A stretch of DNA of 64,000 bases, from assembly GCF_009914755.1 (NCBI RefSeq), contig NC_060935.1. One strand, 5' to 3'. The position numbers and the translations under genes are program-made. Under the pieces are notes generated by a model. That model was not told the origin of the DNA. It was given only the letters and a program-made list of their open reading frames with translations, and did not search any database. Shown in pieces: positions 29,498-45,559 of the stretch; the stretch's first letter is position 1; every line of letters begins with the position of its first letter. The stretch comes from the human T2T-CHM13v2.0 reference genome, Homo sapiens.

Positions 29498-31749
29498 CTC
29501 TTAACTTGAAGAGTGTTCATCCTTTTTACAAATAAGTGGTGAGCTTCCTTCACAGAGATGTGTGTATTGTGGAGGTAGTGGATGGAGGGGTGTTTCTCTT
29601 GCAACCAGAGCCCAGAAATGTTGTTTCCAATCAAAGGATTGATATCTGTTCTGCTGGAAGGCTGGGTTGGAGGCATCTGCATTTTGGTTTAGAAGATCTA
29701 CTCCTAACCCTGCTGCCAGCAACAGAACATAAGGAGAAGAAGGAAGCTCTTGTTGAAAGGCAGTTGAGGAGTAGGAAAAGAGTCTTACAGAAATGAATCA
29801 TCTCCACAGGACATCTGAGCATCTGTTCATTGCCCAGCACTTTCTGAACTAGTCTGGACCAGAGAAGAGGCATCTGTGACTTTATCCAAATGGCCTGGTG
29901 TCCTGGGGAATGGGAAGCCACCTATACTGGCCACGCCTCCCACATGTATTATAACTCCACCACCTGCCCTCCCCTCTTCCCCATTCCAGGGACCCCTGAG
30001 GGGTCAGCAGGGATGCCCTGCTGGAGTGTGTTCCCCAGGGCACCTTGGGGTGAAGTCCTGATACATACTGTCTCATGTTGCACAAGTCACACTGAAGCCA
30101 GCCTCTGCCAGCAGAGAAGTGAAGGCCTTTCAGAAACTATCAGAAATCCAGCCAAGAAATCCATCGCGTCCCTTTGAGAGGGGAAGAAAGAGAGGCAGTC
30201 AGTTGACAAGGAAGGAAAGCTCCTGGCAAGAAGCATAACCCAACTCCCAGTCCCAGGGTAGAAGGGAAAGAGAAAGAATTAAGAAAGAAATAGTCAGCAA
30301 CTTATGTTCCTTTCTATTTTCACAAACAAGATCTGCTGACTGACCTTTCAGATCAGCTGGGAAATGATACCGCACACGGAGCATGCAAATAGGACCCACT
30401 GTATTTCCCTGACACTCTGCGCCCTGCCTGCTCCAAGACCCCAGAGAGACCCTGGGGACGCCTCAGTTACAGCAGAAAATCCCAAATGAGCACAGCCTGG
30501 CTGGGGAGCCAAGATGGGGCCAAGAATCAAGATTCAGTATCAGGACGGCTCTGGGGCCGTGGCTAAAATGTGTTCTGGGGCATGAATCCTGGTTGCTAAG
30601 GTGACAGGCCCAACACCTCATGCTAAGGACAGGACGATGCCCGCTGTGCCTCAGTTGGAAAAGGGGCTTGCCAGTGCCAGATCCCAGGAATGCAGGCCAC
30701 TCAGCTCCTCCCTCTCTTGAAAGCATATAAAGGGCAAATGGCCCTCCCAGCCACCAGATAAATGTCTGTTTGTCCTTGGGGTGTATTTCTTTTTTAGCAA
30801 CCTGAACCATCTTCGTCATCTTCAAACTCCAATGCTATTCAACACCCTCCACAATCTAGCCGAAAATTAGTCTTACAGTCCGCCCTGTGAAATAGCCGAT
30901 CTGAACTGTTCACCGCTCTCAGACCTCCCACCAAACTTGCCATGTCTTTGTTCGAACCATTCTCCGTGCCACGCTTGCCCACCTCCTCACCTCCTTTTAG
31001 CTAATACAACCCTACCAGTCCTCCAAAGACCCGCTCGAATGCCACCTCTCTGACGATGCTGTCCCTCATTGTTCCAGCCACAGGTTGTCTATGAAATTTG
31101 GGCAGCACCCCTCCTGTGGCTCCTCCCACATACTAGTATACACAGTGGATATTTGTGCGGTTCTCTCCCTTTACCATATTAAAAGCTCCATGTGTTTAGG
31201 AAACTGTCTCTTATACTGTCTGTCTCCTGTTCCCTTCATCAGCTAATCCAATACAATGTCGCTATTCCCTTTTCATTGTTCTATCTCATTCCAGCTCCCA
31301 CCCTTTAAATATGGTGTTTCTCGATCCTGCTCTGAACAATGATCTGACTTTTTTCTGGCCTGGTAGCCTCTGCAGATTCTGGTATGTTTAGAACTACACT
31401 TTGGAAGCTTAGTCTGAGGGCATCGCCTGGGAAGGAACGGTGTTGGGGAGAAAATTGGTCCACAGTGTTGCACTGTGCATTCAGAGAGATGTTCATATAA
31501 ATGGTGCCCCATGAATCATGCAACACGGCTGTGCAAAACAGAGAAGAAGCTGAAAGATGAGTGAAGGGGCTTTTTCAACAACCGAGGCAAAAATCAAATG
31601 TAACCCCGGGAAATGGGAAGAAGAGAACAAGTACAAGTGACACCGTAAAGGAAGAAGCAATAAGACATGAGACTCTAAGGGTCCTTTGCTATTTCCTACT
31701 TACCTATTATCCATCCCCCCACACCTCTTCTCATACAGAATTCTGATTG

Positions 31750-32095
31750 CTCTTCCTTTGAGGGACCACCTTTACCATTCACAGGCCATGTGGCTTGAGT
31801 GGTGAATGTGATCACCACTGGCCAATGAGATCACCATATCCCCATGAGGACAGGTTTGGAGTAGGCATGTAACCTAAGTCTGGGCAAATAAAAGTTTTAT
31901 CTGGGACTTTTTTTGTTTTTTTTGTTTGTTTGTTTTTTCCTTTTTAGGCTAGTGTAGCCAAGCTAGAGAACCTTTCAAGAATGAAAAAAAAAAGAAAAAA
32001 AAAAAGACAAAGACAGCCTTTCCAATCATGTGAGCCAGCCTATTTTCTTTTGGCTCAAATCAGTTGGACTGGATTTCTGTAACACGCAATTGAGA
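31750..32095 (+). mobile_element. Old MLT1-type LTR fragment
   Basis: GGCATGTAACCTAAGTCTGGGC and 3' TGTGAGCC...TGGATTTCTGTAAC motifs. Confidence 0.5.
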
Positions 32096-32837
32096 GTCAT
32101 GGCTAACCTAAGAACTGCCAGATTTTGGACATATGGGAACTGAAGAGTCAAAAACGCCCTGATATTGGGGGATCTGGGAGGAAGGTGATTACCACCATCA
32201 ATTGTCCAAAGTACAAAAGACAAAGGGATAGTATAAATACCAATATTTAGAAAGCAATATACTACATGAGCTGAAACTCATATAAAAATTTCAACCAAGA
32301 TTGGTATGTTCAGAGCAAAAAAGAGAAGGGAGGGAAAATGATATATTTTTAACAACCAGTGGAAAGTGAAATTAATTCAGATGCTATTGTACTTCTGCTT
32401 TCTTTAGGAAGTGATATCTTCAAACTGAAAAGAATAGTACAAATGCCATAAAAAGAGAAATGAAGGTGAAGATATGTGACAATCTAGTAAAAGAGAATTT
32501 ACTCACTGAAAATGTGTTCACGTTCCCAGGCCCGTTTGGACAACGTCCTTGAGCACTGGAGGAACTTGAAGGTGTGAACTCAGCATCACTCCAGTTTTCT
32601 GTCATTGAAAATGACAGAAAAGAGGAGAGAGAGAGATGCCAAAAGACAATGCCCCAACTTTGAACAAGGGAAAGGGAGGTAGCTTCTGAAAACCTCACAC
32701 TGAAAATCTAGACATCAATCTGCAGCAAAATTCCAGAGTTGATTATTAAACAAGCGGATGTGAATACTTTAAAAATGAATGCAGTGGTCACCAGAAACTA
32801 GTGTGATTATATGTATAAACCAACATCATTGCCCTAG

Positions 32838-33141
<304 letters not shown>

Positions 33142-33454
33142 GACCCTAGTCTTTACAATGCCCGAAAAACCCTTCATAATTTGGTGCCTGTTTACTTCTC
33201 CTTCTTGGTCCCCTATCACTCTACCCACCTAGTCCACCCCTCACCCCTATCCCCACCCACTGCACACACATACAAGCTCTCCCTCTGCTAAAGCCACCTT
33301 CATTCCATTTCTATAATGCACCAAATTCATTCTTTCCAAGGGACTTTGCTATGATGATTCCTGAGGCCTGGAGCCCTCATTACATCCCATTTCAGCATAG
33401 CAAGCTACTTCTCACCTATTAGATCATCTCAATACTACCTTCTCAAAAAAAGAC

Positions 33455-34140
<686 letters not shown>

Positions 34141-34257
34141 AGGCTTTATTAAAATAACTCCCATTCACTCTTGATTCCACAATATTATTTTATTTTCTTC
34201 ATAGATCATATTCCTATACAAAATAATCTTATTTGCTTGTTTAGCACTTCCTAGAAC

Positions 34258-34866
<609 letters not shown>

Positions 34867-34889
34867 TGTCCTAGAAAACAAAAGGCTTT

Positions 34890-35207
34890 TTCTTCTTCTT
34901 TTTTTTTTTTTTTTTTTTTTTTTTGAGACACGGTCTTGCTCTGTCACCCAAGTGGGAGTGCAGTGGCATGATCTGATCTCAGTTTTCTGCAACCTCTGTC
35001 TCCCAGGCTCAAGTGATCCTCCCACCTCAGCCTCCCAAGTACCTGGGACCACAGGGCATGCCACCACACCCAGCTAATTTTTATATTTTAGTAGAGCCAG
35101 GGTTTTGCCATTTGCTCAGGCTGGTCTTGAACTCCTAGGTTGAAGCAATCCACCTGCTTTGGCCTCCCAAAGTGCTGGGAGTATAGGCATGAGCCACTGC
35201 ACCTGGC
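34890..35207 (-). mobile_element. AluJ
   Basis: Poly-T plus diverged antisense Alu. Confidence 0.88.
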
Positions 35208-35345
35208 AAAAAGCTTCTTAAGAACAATGACGTTACCTGTGTTGTTCAACACAGATATAGATATAGATATACATTCACATTTAGCACTATAGTTGGCACA
35301 TAGGAGGTATTCAATAAAAAATTTGCTGATTGAGTTAATCAGTCC

Positions 35346-35647
35346 TTTTTTTTGTTTTGTTTGGAGACGGAGTCTCGCTCTGTCACCCAGGCTAGAGTGC
35401 AGTGGCACGATGTCTGCTCGCTGCAAGCTCCGCCTCCCGGGTTCACGCCATTCTCCTGCCTCAGCCTCAGCTGGGACTGCAGGCACCCGCCATCACACCC
35501 GGCTAATTTTTTTTTTCAATTGTATTTTTAGTAGAGAAGGGGTTTCACTGTGTTAGCCAGCATGGTCGCGATCTCCTGATCTCGTGATCCACCCACCTCA
35601 GCCTCCCAAAGTGCTGGGATTACAGGCGTGAGCCATCACACCCAGCC
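35346..35647 (-). mobile_element. AluY
   Basis: CTGCAAGCTCCGCCTCCCGGGTTCACGCCATTCTCC; small internal deletion. Confidence 0.88.
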
Positions 35648-35862
35648 AATTGCCTTTTTTTTTTTTTAAAGGAAAAAAAAAGAGTCACTAGATTGGTAAA
35701 TCTTAGAAATGCTCTATCTTTTATTCATCAAGGCATTTGACAAAAGCTGTCATTTGTTCATAGCAAATCCAAAGTCATCAGAAGGGTTATTCCCCAAGAA
35801 TGTTGACTCCAGGTCACTGGGATAAGCTACTTTCAGAAAGAGGAAAAGCAAGTTCAAAGTAT

Positions 35863-36030
35863 TGACTTTCATTGAATCTAAGTCACCATCCACTGTAAAT
35901 GCACTACTATTTTATCTACAACTGAGAAACAAAAACTGCCAAATAAACTAAGATACTCTATTGATTGTAAGCTGTCACCCAATTTCAGAGATGCTAAAAT
36001 GTGAGGAAAAATGTGTGTCTTAGAATGTAT
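35863..36030 (-). mobile_element. MER104-like TcMar-Tc2 element
   Basis: ATTTCAGAGATGCTAAAATGTGAGGAAAAATGTGTGTCTTAGAAT with an inverted TTCATTGAATCTAAG end. Confidence 0.6.
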
Positions 36031-38307
36031 TCATCCCTTCTGATTGTTCACCCAGACCCTATCTGGACCATCTATGTGGAGGCTGAGATTTCTGTTTCTC
36101 TCATCCTCTTCATTCCTTCCTTCACTTCACCCTGGTGGGAAGAGTATATTTTGTAAGACATAGTAAAAAAGCCAATATTTTTACCATAGCAACTCTTCAA
36201 CAATATGCTATGGGAGATGGTGCAAAGGTAGATTTGGGACTGTTCCATCCTAATGAATTTGGAACATTTAAACATACTCCTATGACAGAAAGTAAGGAAT
36301 TTCATCCATCCTTTCAGGGAGGATCCAGGAAATTTGGGGCACAGAGTAAAGAGGTCAGGACACCAAAGGGAGAAGTGGTTCCATGAGGCCTTCAGGGAAT
36401 GAAACAAATGAAAACATCTTCAGAAGAAAGCTATGCTTTGGGACATCTTTTGGTCTCTGTGTGGTTGTGGTGAAATGATAATGCATTGGTTTCCTTCTTA
36501 TAATAAATTATGCCTGCACCTTTCCATAGATTGCTGAGCATATGAACCATTTTGACTGCTACAGATTAAGGGAGATGTTGACAAAAGGAAAATATCTAGA
36601 TGAATACTTCTCAAGCAATGGTTTGCAAATCATGAACACCAGGGAGTTCTTTGCCCCTGTGGGCACATTGTGGGGTGAGGGGCAGGCGGAAGAGACCTGA
36701 GCAGGAAGGCCTTAGAAATCCATTCCAGCTCCTCTTTTATGGGTTTTGTGTGTTTGCCTACTATACGGGTGTTCTGAGAGCAAAGTGGTGCCTGGACCAT
36801 TTTTAGATTTGTCGATGCCCTACTCATAGGTCTATTTTCCCATCTTTAGAGTTAGCTATTACAAGCTGACAGGCTATGGTTAGGACAAACATTTATAATC
36901 AGACCTTACCGTCATCACCAGACACTCACCTATATTTGAAAATTCCTTGAATTCAGAGCTCCAGCCTAATGACCCCCCTACTCTCTGCCCTTCCTTGAAG
37001 GTCCTGCTTCTGGGTAAAATATGATTTTCTATCTAAATAGGCTACCTTGCTAAAATAATTTTGAAAATTGCTAATTTAAAACAGTGGTTCTAAAACATGG
37101 TCAAACATTGTTATAAGTTGATAACACAATATCATTGATATTACAATACAGATTATTGGGTCCCATCCCAGACCTACTGAGTCAGATTCTCTGGCTGCTG
37201 TCCAAGAATAAAGTTGATTGCCTGGAAAACAGGTGAGCTGTCTATCACTGGAAGTGTTCTCATTATGGTAGATGATCAGGTTTCAGCCAAGTTCATGGAA
37301 GTTCCTTTATTGGGAGTTCCTTTAAATTAGAAAAGCTCTCTAATATGACCTCCAATGCTATAAGTCTTTGATTTTATCACTAGACTGGAAACCAGGATTT
37401 CTCCCCTAAATTCTCTGCGTTTAACACTAGTGAACTGTAACAACAGGGGTATGCAATGGAGTGTTAAGTATCCCAGGAATATTTCTAGTACTTTAACAGG
37501 AATAAGACTTCATGATAATTATGCTTTGGTTCTGATATATTTCCCAGACAGAAGAAATCAATATAACTAATTAAAGAATGGAGAGAAACAATGCAAGAAT
37601 AATTTGAATTCATCTTTCGGTTGCAGAGATAATAAATTCTTACATGTTAATATGGAGTAGCTATTGATATATTACAAAACTAATAATACAACTTCAACTC
37701 AGCAGGCGTTACAATGCTTCCCAGCATCCTCTCTGTTCTCTGCCTCATGTTTTTGTCCTCTTCACTCTATGCCAGGGATAGGTAGCATAAGCTCTGTTTC
37801 TCTCAACTATGAGATCTAATTTCTTGGGTTCATCCTGCCCTATGTGTGAGCCATTCCTGACCAAGTTGTGTGTGCATGTGTTCCTTCATTCAACAAATAT
37901 CCATTGGGCCCTTGATTTGAAAAATGCCTTAAGTTTTGTGATGGGACTAGAAATGTGAAGGACAGAATCCTATTCCTTCAGGTGGAGAGGCAAATAAGGG
38001 ATTCCAGCAATCAAGCTTCCATAAACCCAGAATCTAATTATGAGTCCTCCTTTCCTTAATCCCAACCACAAATGCCCAACCCATTCCCTGGGACTTCTGC
38101 CTGCATTTCTCAATCATACTCCAATTTCTATGCTGGGATAGCAGCCCTGCCGTGAGACCCATCTCCCTTGGTTGAAACTCTACTAAGAGATCCCACTTCA
38201 TTCTCCTGGGTCAAACCTTAAACCAGGATCAAACTGAGATGCCTCTTGCAATCTCCTCCTCCCTAGCCCCATGCTGCTACCTGTCTGATTTTGATGTAAG
38301 TAGAGTA

Positions 38308-39031
38308 TAAAACTGCCTTTGTAAAATTATAACTGAGGAAATCATGACAGTGAAAAATATCAGATCTAACTGACTCCATCTTGCTTCTAACCTTTAAGCT
38401 GTCCTTGTTCATTCCTGGGAATAGGCCAAACTAACTTTGAGAAGGAATTCAGTTTATGGTTTGACTCTGAAACAAAATTGCCAATAGCCCTTTCCCAAAA
38501 AGACCCCCTTCTTGCCTGGGGACCAGTCTGCCTTTGCAGGACTAACAAATTAGCTGCAAGATTAGAAATTATAGATTAGGGGTCATGCAGCCTCTGGCTC
38601 CAAGAGACTGAACCTCCCCAAATTGCTCCTGGGGATAGCATCACTATTGTAAAACCTAAGATCAGTGCTTGAGATATTTTGCAGACTCTGTACTCCATGG
38701 ATCAGCTGACACCACCCAGACCAGTAATCTGGCTCAAGCGGTTCTGCTATGGCCACCCAGGAACAGAAAACAGCAAGAAAACCTCATTTCAACCCCCTAT
38801 GACTCCATCTCCAACCTGATCAATCAGCACTCCCCACTTGTCAAGCCCCTACCTGCCAAATTATCTTTAAAAACTCTGATCCCTTAATGTTCAGGGAGAC
38901 TGATTTGAATAATAACAAAACTCCGGTCTCTTGTTTCTGCGTGACTTACTCTTTCTCCGTTGCAATTCCCTTGTCTTGATAAATTGGCTCTGTCTATGCA
39001 GCAGGCAAGGTGAATCCATTGGGCAGCTACA
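38308..39031 (+). mobile_element. LTR8 (ERV1) solo LTR
   Basis: TAAAACTGCCTTTGTAAAATTATAACTGAGG...GACTCCATCTTGCTTCTAACC...GGGCAGCTACA; 4-bp TSD AGTA. Confidence 0.88.
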
Positions 39032-39612
39032 AGTAGATCTCACCATTCTGAGGGTGTAGATAGAATCTTGGTAACCACAGTAACTCATTTTGGGTATCAT
39101 ATCAATCCATAGGTATGGATTCCAATCTATGTTATGGAATTTTCCACATTTTCCATTTTGGACGCTTGTATTCCTATATGCTAATAATTGCCAGACCTGA
39201 AGGCAATCTAAGAAACTGACCAGACACTGTCCTCAAAATTGCCCTTCTTTTTGAGCAAGATTTTTTCCCAGGGTCACATGCCTGGTCATTTCCTCCTTTA
39301 GGATAAATTCGCAATCTTGTCTCTTGATGAAAATTGTCTTCTGACTAGTGGTCACTTTTCTTAAGCCAGCTTGAGATAGTTTCTAAACTTGCAACAGACA
39401 ATGCTAACTTTTCTCAGCTGTGTGAGTTAGCACCTGATATAATCTGTTCATTGGAACCAGGTGTTAGGTTCATTTGAGTTACTATGGTTACTATGGTCAA
39501 TTGACCGACCACTAGTCTCATCAGCTCCCTGAATATACCCACTGCATCAGGCTCCTTGGGATATTTACATTGCTTCAAGTCAAGCTCAAATTTGCCAGAC
39601 TCCTGTGGAGGC

Positions 39613-40083
39613 TGTTATGGTTTGAATGATGCCCCCTACCTCAAGAAGATATGTTCAAGTCCTAACTCTCAGAATCTCAGGAATGTGACCTTATTTGAAA
39701 ATAGGGTCATTACAGATTCTAATTAGTTAAGATGAAGTCATATTGTAGTAGGGTGGGCCCCTAATCCAATAAAAGTGGTGTTCTGATAAGAGGAGGGAAA
39801 TTTGGACACAAACTTGTACAGATGGAAGACCACGTGAAGACACGGAGAATGTTACCTGATGACACAGCAGAGATTGGTGTTACGCAGCTGCAGGCTATGG
39901 AGGCTACTAAAGGCTGGAAGAGACAAGGAAGGATCCTCCCACAGGTTTCAGAGGGAGCACGGTTCTGCCAACCCCTCGACTTTGAACTTCCCGCTTCCAG
40001 AAAGGTACGACAATACATTTCTGCTGTTTTAAGCCACTCAGTTTGTGGTCCTTCAGTTACAGCGGCCCTAGGGAATGAATACA
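39613..40083 (+). mobile_element. MLT1C/D solo LTR
   Basis: TGTTATGGTTTGAAT...GAATGTGACCTTATTTGAAAATAGGGTC...GGGAATGAATACA. Confidence 0.88.
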
Positions 40084-41495
40084 GGCACCTTATCCCTGCC
40101 CGGCTATCCCTCCAGGGGATGTGAAGGAAGGAGGGTGGAGACTGCAGCCCTGCTCTGTCATGAAACTTTGCAGCTTACTTTAGTCCTTTTGACCCTGCAG
40201 CTGGCTTATTTATCCCCAGAGCTGCCTGGCTCTCACTTCTGCTCGTCCCCTTTCCCAAGGCCAGCTGCTAAGATCCTTGCAGCCTTCCCAGTTTATCTAT
40301 TTGATTTGTGACAACAGCAAAGACTTTCAGTCTTGCCGGCTTACATCTTCCTAGGGAAGTAAAGAAAAGTAACTGCTTTTGTCTACAAGATTTGTTCACC
40401 TAGCATCCTCAGGGTGGTAGGCTGCACGAAGAGGGGGAAAAAACGGTTAGATAATGTGCCGTCAATCATATTCCAAGATAATAGATGCTCACTATCAAAA
40501 GTACATTTGCTTTTAGGCTGTTTATCTACCAGTGGTGCTGATCCATACCCTCTTCTCCACCTTGTGAAAACAGATAAGAAGATAAACTCTTGCTTCGGGA
40601 CTGAGCAAAATTAATTTATCTAGAGGGGAAATGAACCTAACACCTGGTTCCAATGAACAGATTATATCGGGTACTAACTCATACAACTGAGAAAGGTTAG
40701 CATTCCCTGTTGCAAGTTTAGAAACTATCTCAAGCTGGCTTAAGAAAAAAAGGAATTATTAAAAAAAAATAGATTGTGTCCACAGCCAAAGGCCAGAAGA
40801 AGGGGACTGGAAACAGAAGCTGGAAAGCCGGTGTGTTTGTTCTCCACCTTTGGCTCTGCTCCTCTCTCTGTAAATGATTTATTTTTTTCTATCTGAAGAC
40901 CAGCTTTCTTGGTGCATCAATTACTTGGTGGAAATGGTTTCCATGTTAACATGTTAAGGTCCAGCCATTAACCTTGTCTCAGTGCCAATTCCTAATTCCT
41001 AGGAAGGGACTGTGGTCCAGCTTCAGCCGAGAGCTCAGCTCTGCACCAGTAGGTGTAGTGAGGTGGGGTGAGGAAGGAGTGGGCACAGCACAAGGCTGGC
41101 ACATAGCTGCCAAGAGTCGCCTCCATAATTGTAAATGGCAGTGTCAAGGAAAATGGGCTAGCTGGACAAATAAACCTAAAGGTATCTTTGACCATGATGC
41201 TCTAATAAGTTTCTCTATTAGAAATGAGCCACGCATGTGCAATAGTAATGTCAAGAGAAGAATGAAAATAGACCTATTAAATAATTGATCTTTTCTGGTT
41301 CTCTATAGGATTCATAGACGGACTTAGGGACAAATCCTAATGACTGGCCCCACCCTGGACTTGGGATTGCTCCTCTCCCGCTGCTCTCTCCCTCAGGATA
41401 AGTTCTCCGGCAGGACACCCCTCAGTCCTTTAAGCAAATAGGCTGCTATTAACACCAATAAGCCATAGTGCAAAGGGAGTGAAGATCGTGTAGAC

Positions 41496-41833
41496 CAGGG
41501 GTCCCAACCCCCAGGCCATAGACAAATACGCATCTGTGGCCTGTTAGGAACGGGGCTGCACAGCAGGAAGTGAGCGGTGCATGAACGAGCATTTCCACCT
41601 GAGCCCCGCCTCTTGTCAGATCAGCAGCAGCATTAGATTCTCATAGGAGCGTGAACCCTATGGTGAACTGCACATGCGAGGAATCTAGGTTGCACGCTCC
41701 TTATGAGAATCTAACTATTGCCTGATGATCTGAGGTGGAGCAGTTTCATCCTGAAACCATCCCCCGTCGCATCCGTGGAAAAACTGTCTTCCATGAAACT
41801 GGCCTCTAGTGCTAAAAAGGTTGGGGACTACTG
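41496..41833 (+). mobile_element. MER1B hAT-Charlie DNA transposon
   Basis: TIRs CAGGGGTCCCAACC / GGTTGGGGACTACTG; 8-bp TSD GTGTAGAC/ATGTAGAC. Confidence 0.92.
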
Positions 41834-41979
41834 ATGTAGACCACTGAGTGGGGCCCTATAATTGGAGTTGAAGAAGGAGGAGTTGGGTTAAAGGTAGGAA
41901 ATGGATCTTGGAACTCAGAGGATAATTTCTAAAGAGGATGGGTTAATTGCCAGATGCATCCTCCCCACTTCATTCTAGA

Positions 41980-42210
41980 GAATACAGTGTTGGGTGTAAG
42001 AAACACAAGTTATTGTATAGAATGATGTGGGGTCAAATCCTGACCCCACATTAACATTAAGGCTTGGGCAAGTTACTTAACCTTTCTAAAGCACAGTTTA
42101 CCCATCTGAGATGTGGTCACACTAGTTAGTACCTTCCTCATGGAGCTGTCAAGAATTGAATGAGATCATCCATGACAAGTGCCCAGCACAGTGTCTGGCT
42201 CAATATTCAT
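41980..42210 (+). mobile_element. MIR
   Basis: TTGGGCAAGTTACTTAACCTTTCTAAAGCACAGTTTACCCATCTG. Confidence 0.8.
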
Positions 42211-45200
42211 CAGCAGCTGTGAGCGTTACAGCCAGGTTTGACATATCACCTCTTACTGGCTTCTCTGGAGCCCTACCACTATTTTTTTCTATGACTTTAT
42301 TTTCTGTAGCACAGAAGATATTATTCCATAAAAGAAATCCTCAGATCTCAGGTACAGTTCTGTTTTAATAGAAGGTGCTCCCCCTGGCCCCTAACATTAG
42401 GGTTAGGAGGAAAACCACCAGCCCATAAGTTAGCTTTCCCATAAAGCTGTAAATACCATGGAGTCTTACAGTCTGTGACTTTGGCTTCTCTACAGCTGAG
42501 CTGGGTATACAGGATTAGGGAAGAAGTTTAGGATGCTTTGGAGAGAAAACAGAGGAAAGCAAAATATTATTAGCACTCTAGTAAATCAATCACAGATGGC
42601 CTTCAGAAATTAACCCAAAAGCAGAATGCTCATTTTCAGAGAGTGCCTGCCTTCTTGAAATAATCTGGAAAAGTCCCAAGAACATCTCTCATGTAAAAGT
42701 GATTCAATATTCACTGCTTCAGCTGGAAATGTACAAAACAAAAACAAAAAAAGTCTTTGTTCTTTCCATCTTTGCTGCTCCCATTTTCTCTGACAATTGT
42801 AGATAGGGAAATAGCACATAATGACTCCATTGGATGTGGACGAGGGGATCCATTTCCCATCCTGGGAAAGGGGCTGGTCCCCTAGGAGCTGAGCTTCTGT
42901 GCAGGAAGCTGCAGCAGGTAGGATTTGTCTCCCTGGGTCCAGGATGTGACTGTCACCCAGAGGGCACCTGAACTGCCCCAACTCTGCTTCCTCCTGTAGC
43001 CAGTGGTCTTTTTCCACTGAAGAGTTGTTTATTGCGTAATTAATGAAAGGTAATGGCCCTTGCAGATACTTTACCAGGGAGTTCAAAATTTAAACTCATG
43101 CTGCTGATTAAGATGGACTCTCCTCCTCCACTCTTAATTACCCAGCTCTGTAAAACACTTTTAACACTCACGGGGCCTCCAAGAGTATCCTGGGTTGTTA
43201 ATCTTGGCATCAGCAGACTCTACTCTCAACCAACATCCCTACAAAAATGCCACAAAAGGGCCTACCCAGGGGGAAGGGAAGCAGGCATTAATTTTTCCCT
43301 TTCTCCCTGTTACCTACTTTCTCCTAGGAGGAGAAGCTCAGGCAACAATTCCTGGTTGGCTGGCCAGAGCCCCAAGCTTTGCTTCTGCTCTGAACTTCCA
43401 GCACATGGTTAAAAATCATAGCTAATGCTTCACGGAAATAAATATTTCAAAACCACGTGCTTTCTGGCCTGCCAGATGGCTGCCTTTCACACTTCCAACT
43501 GTGTCAGACTCCAAGAAACTCAGTGACTCAAATTTTGTGGTGGGTTTTATGATCCTAGAATAGGGGTTGGCGTGGTGGATAGGTAATAGAAGGAGGGTTT
43601 TTCTAAATTAAAAGAAAAATTAATGGAGTGAGTCCTACCTGCTTTGCTCGAGTAGCATAGCCTAGTCATATGAATACTGTTCACAGGTAATTTGGCAGCA
43701 AAAATCCCAGTTAGTCAACATAGTCAGCAAAGTTCTGCTCATCTTTTATTTACCTCGCCCCCACTGCCTCCGCCCCCACCTCCAATCCAGCTTAGTCACC
43801 CCGTCTTCTCTTGCTCCCTGCATGGACAGACTCGGACAACACATCCTCTGGATGGGTCAACACACTTAGAGAAGTGCGTGCATGTTAGATACAGACGCAC
43901 AAAAACCCCAAGTAGGACTGAGAGGCAGAGTCCTCTGAATCCTTTTACATTTTCTGTCTTGATTTCTCACAGGTCCATCCCGACTGTTTTTCAGGTGTTG
44001 CAGACGCATCAGGATAGTAGGTCACTTAAGTCTCTTGTTGCCTGATGTGTATTATTATTATCATTAGTAGTAGTATTCTTATTATATAAGTTCTCTCTCT
44101 ATATATATACTCATTAAAGAAAAATTAGAAGGTAACAATAAAGAAGCCAAAATTCAAAACATACATATTCACACAAACCACCCTGAATCATATAGCACAG
44201 AGAAAACCACTACTAACATTTTAGCATCATTCTCTCATGCTTGCTTTGTATATAACTACATAGACACATATATGTATTCATAATATATTTCATGACACCA
44301 GGTTCATGCTCTATGTACTGTTTTCAAACTTGCTTTTTTCATTTAACAATGTATTGTGGGCCTCTTTCCAAGAATGTACAAGCCCTTCTGCACTCGTGTG
44401 TGTGCACACACACAGCATCAGGATCACTTGCAAACAGAAGGAGTTTCTTCCCCCAAAGATGCCCGCATATGTCAAAAAGCTTGGTGTCATGGGTGAGCAT
44501 AACTAACGAATAAGAGCACAAGGATGTCAGTGTGCCCTGACGCTGGCAGATGCTCCCAGTCTCAGCTCTGATCTGCTCTGGTTATAAGGGTGGGTTAGGA
44601 GGGGGAGGCTGGTGACCCCAGTACAGGCGGCATGAAAAGAGGCTGAGCTCAGGCACTCTGTGTGTGTATGAGGACAGGGGAGATTGACACAAAAGCTCTG
44701 GGAGTGATTCCAAAGCAGAGGTCCTCGTTCTCACCTATACTTAGACAAGGCCTAATGTCCAACATCAAAACATAAATCAACACAGCTGTGGATGCTGCCT
44801 CCCTTCCTAATTAGCATGAGAAATGTCATGTCCTTGGCAGCTCCCACTGCCTCTCTCTCAGTCCATAAAGCCAGTTGAGAGAGTTTTAGCAGCTGGGAGC
44901 CTCTTGTAGCCCTGCCAACCAGCCTTTCCCCAAACCCGAGGGAGCTGCCACCATCACTGCATTCTCTGCCAATAAGCCTGGCAAGAAAGCTGCTCTTCAG
45001 AAATTACTGCTTCTTAACAACCTTCTCCAGGACAACTCCTCACCTGACAGGCAACCCGAACCACAAAGGCCCTCTTGGTCTTCAGTACACCAAGTCCTCT
45101 AAAGCTCTAGCAACCAGCAGTAGCCTTTGCACAGAAACTGTAACATAAATGAGCTACACAAGTATCCTACACACAGAATATGAATTGCTCCACACAGAAC

Positions 45201-45559
45201 ATATGATACAAACATGAAGAAAGCGAATATCCTTCAATCTTGCATGTACTCATCAAGCATATTTATCAGTACCCTGGCACTGACAGCGAATGGGGCTCAC
45301 TGCAATTAACTCGACCCTGGATTGGTGATTGAGACAGCTGTCAGTCCTGAGGAAGGGGCTCCTAGTTTCCCTCCACGTCTCATTCTCATTTAACCACCAT
45401 CTCCCTCCTTCCATTCCTTTCACCCAACCCGTGACCAATCTCAGTGCAAATTATGCACCCTTACCGAACACTCCATTGCAGGCCATTTGAGCACTCACAG
45501 CTGGACTCACCATCTGCATCTACCCACTCCAGTGGCTCAAACCTACTTACCTTCTAGGC

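Noticed and set aside
29155-29682. 175-aa minus-strand ORF
   Set aside because: It runs through a MIR and the duplicated 83-mer, has no recognisable domain, and its length is compatible with chance.
44396-44413. Perfect 18-bp palindrome GTGTGTGTGCACACACAC
   Set aside because: Abutting TG and CA microsatellites commonly produce this.
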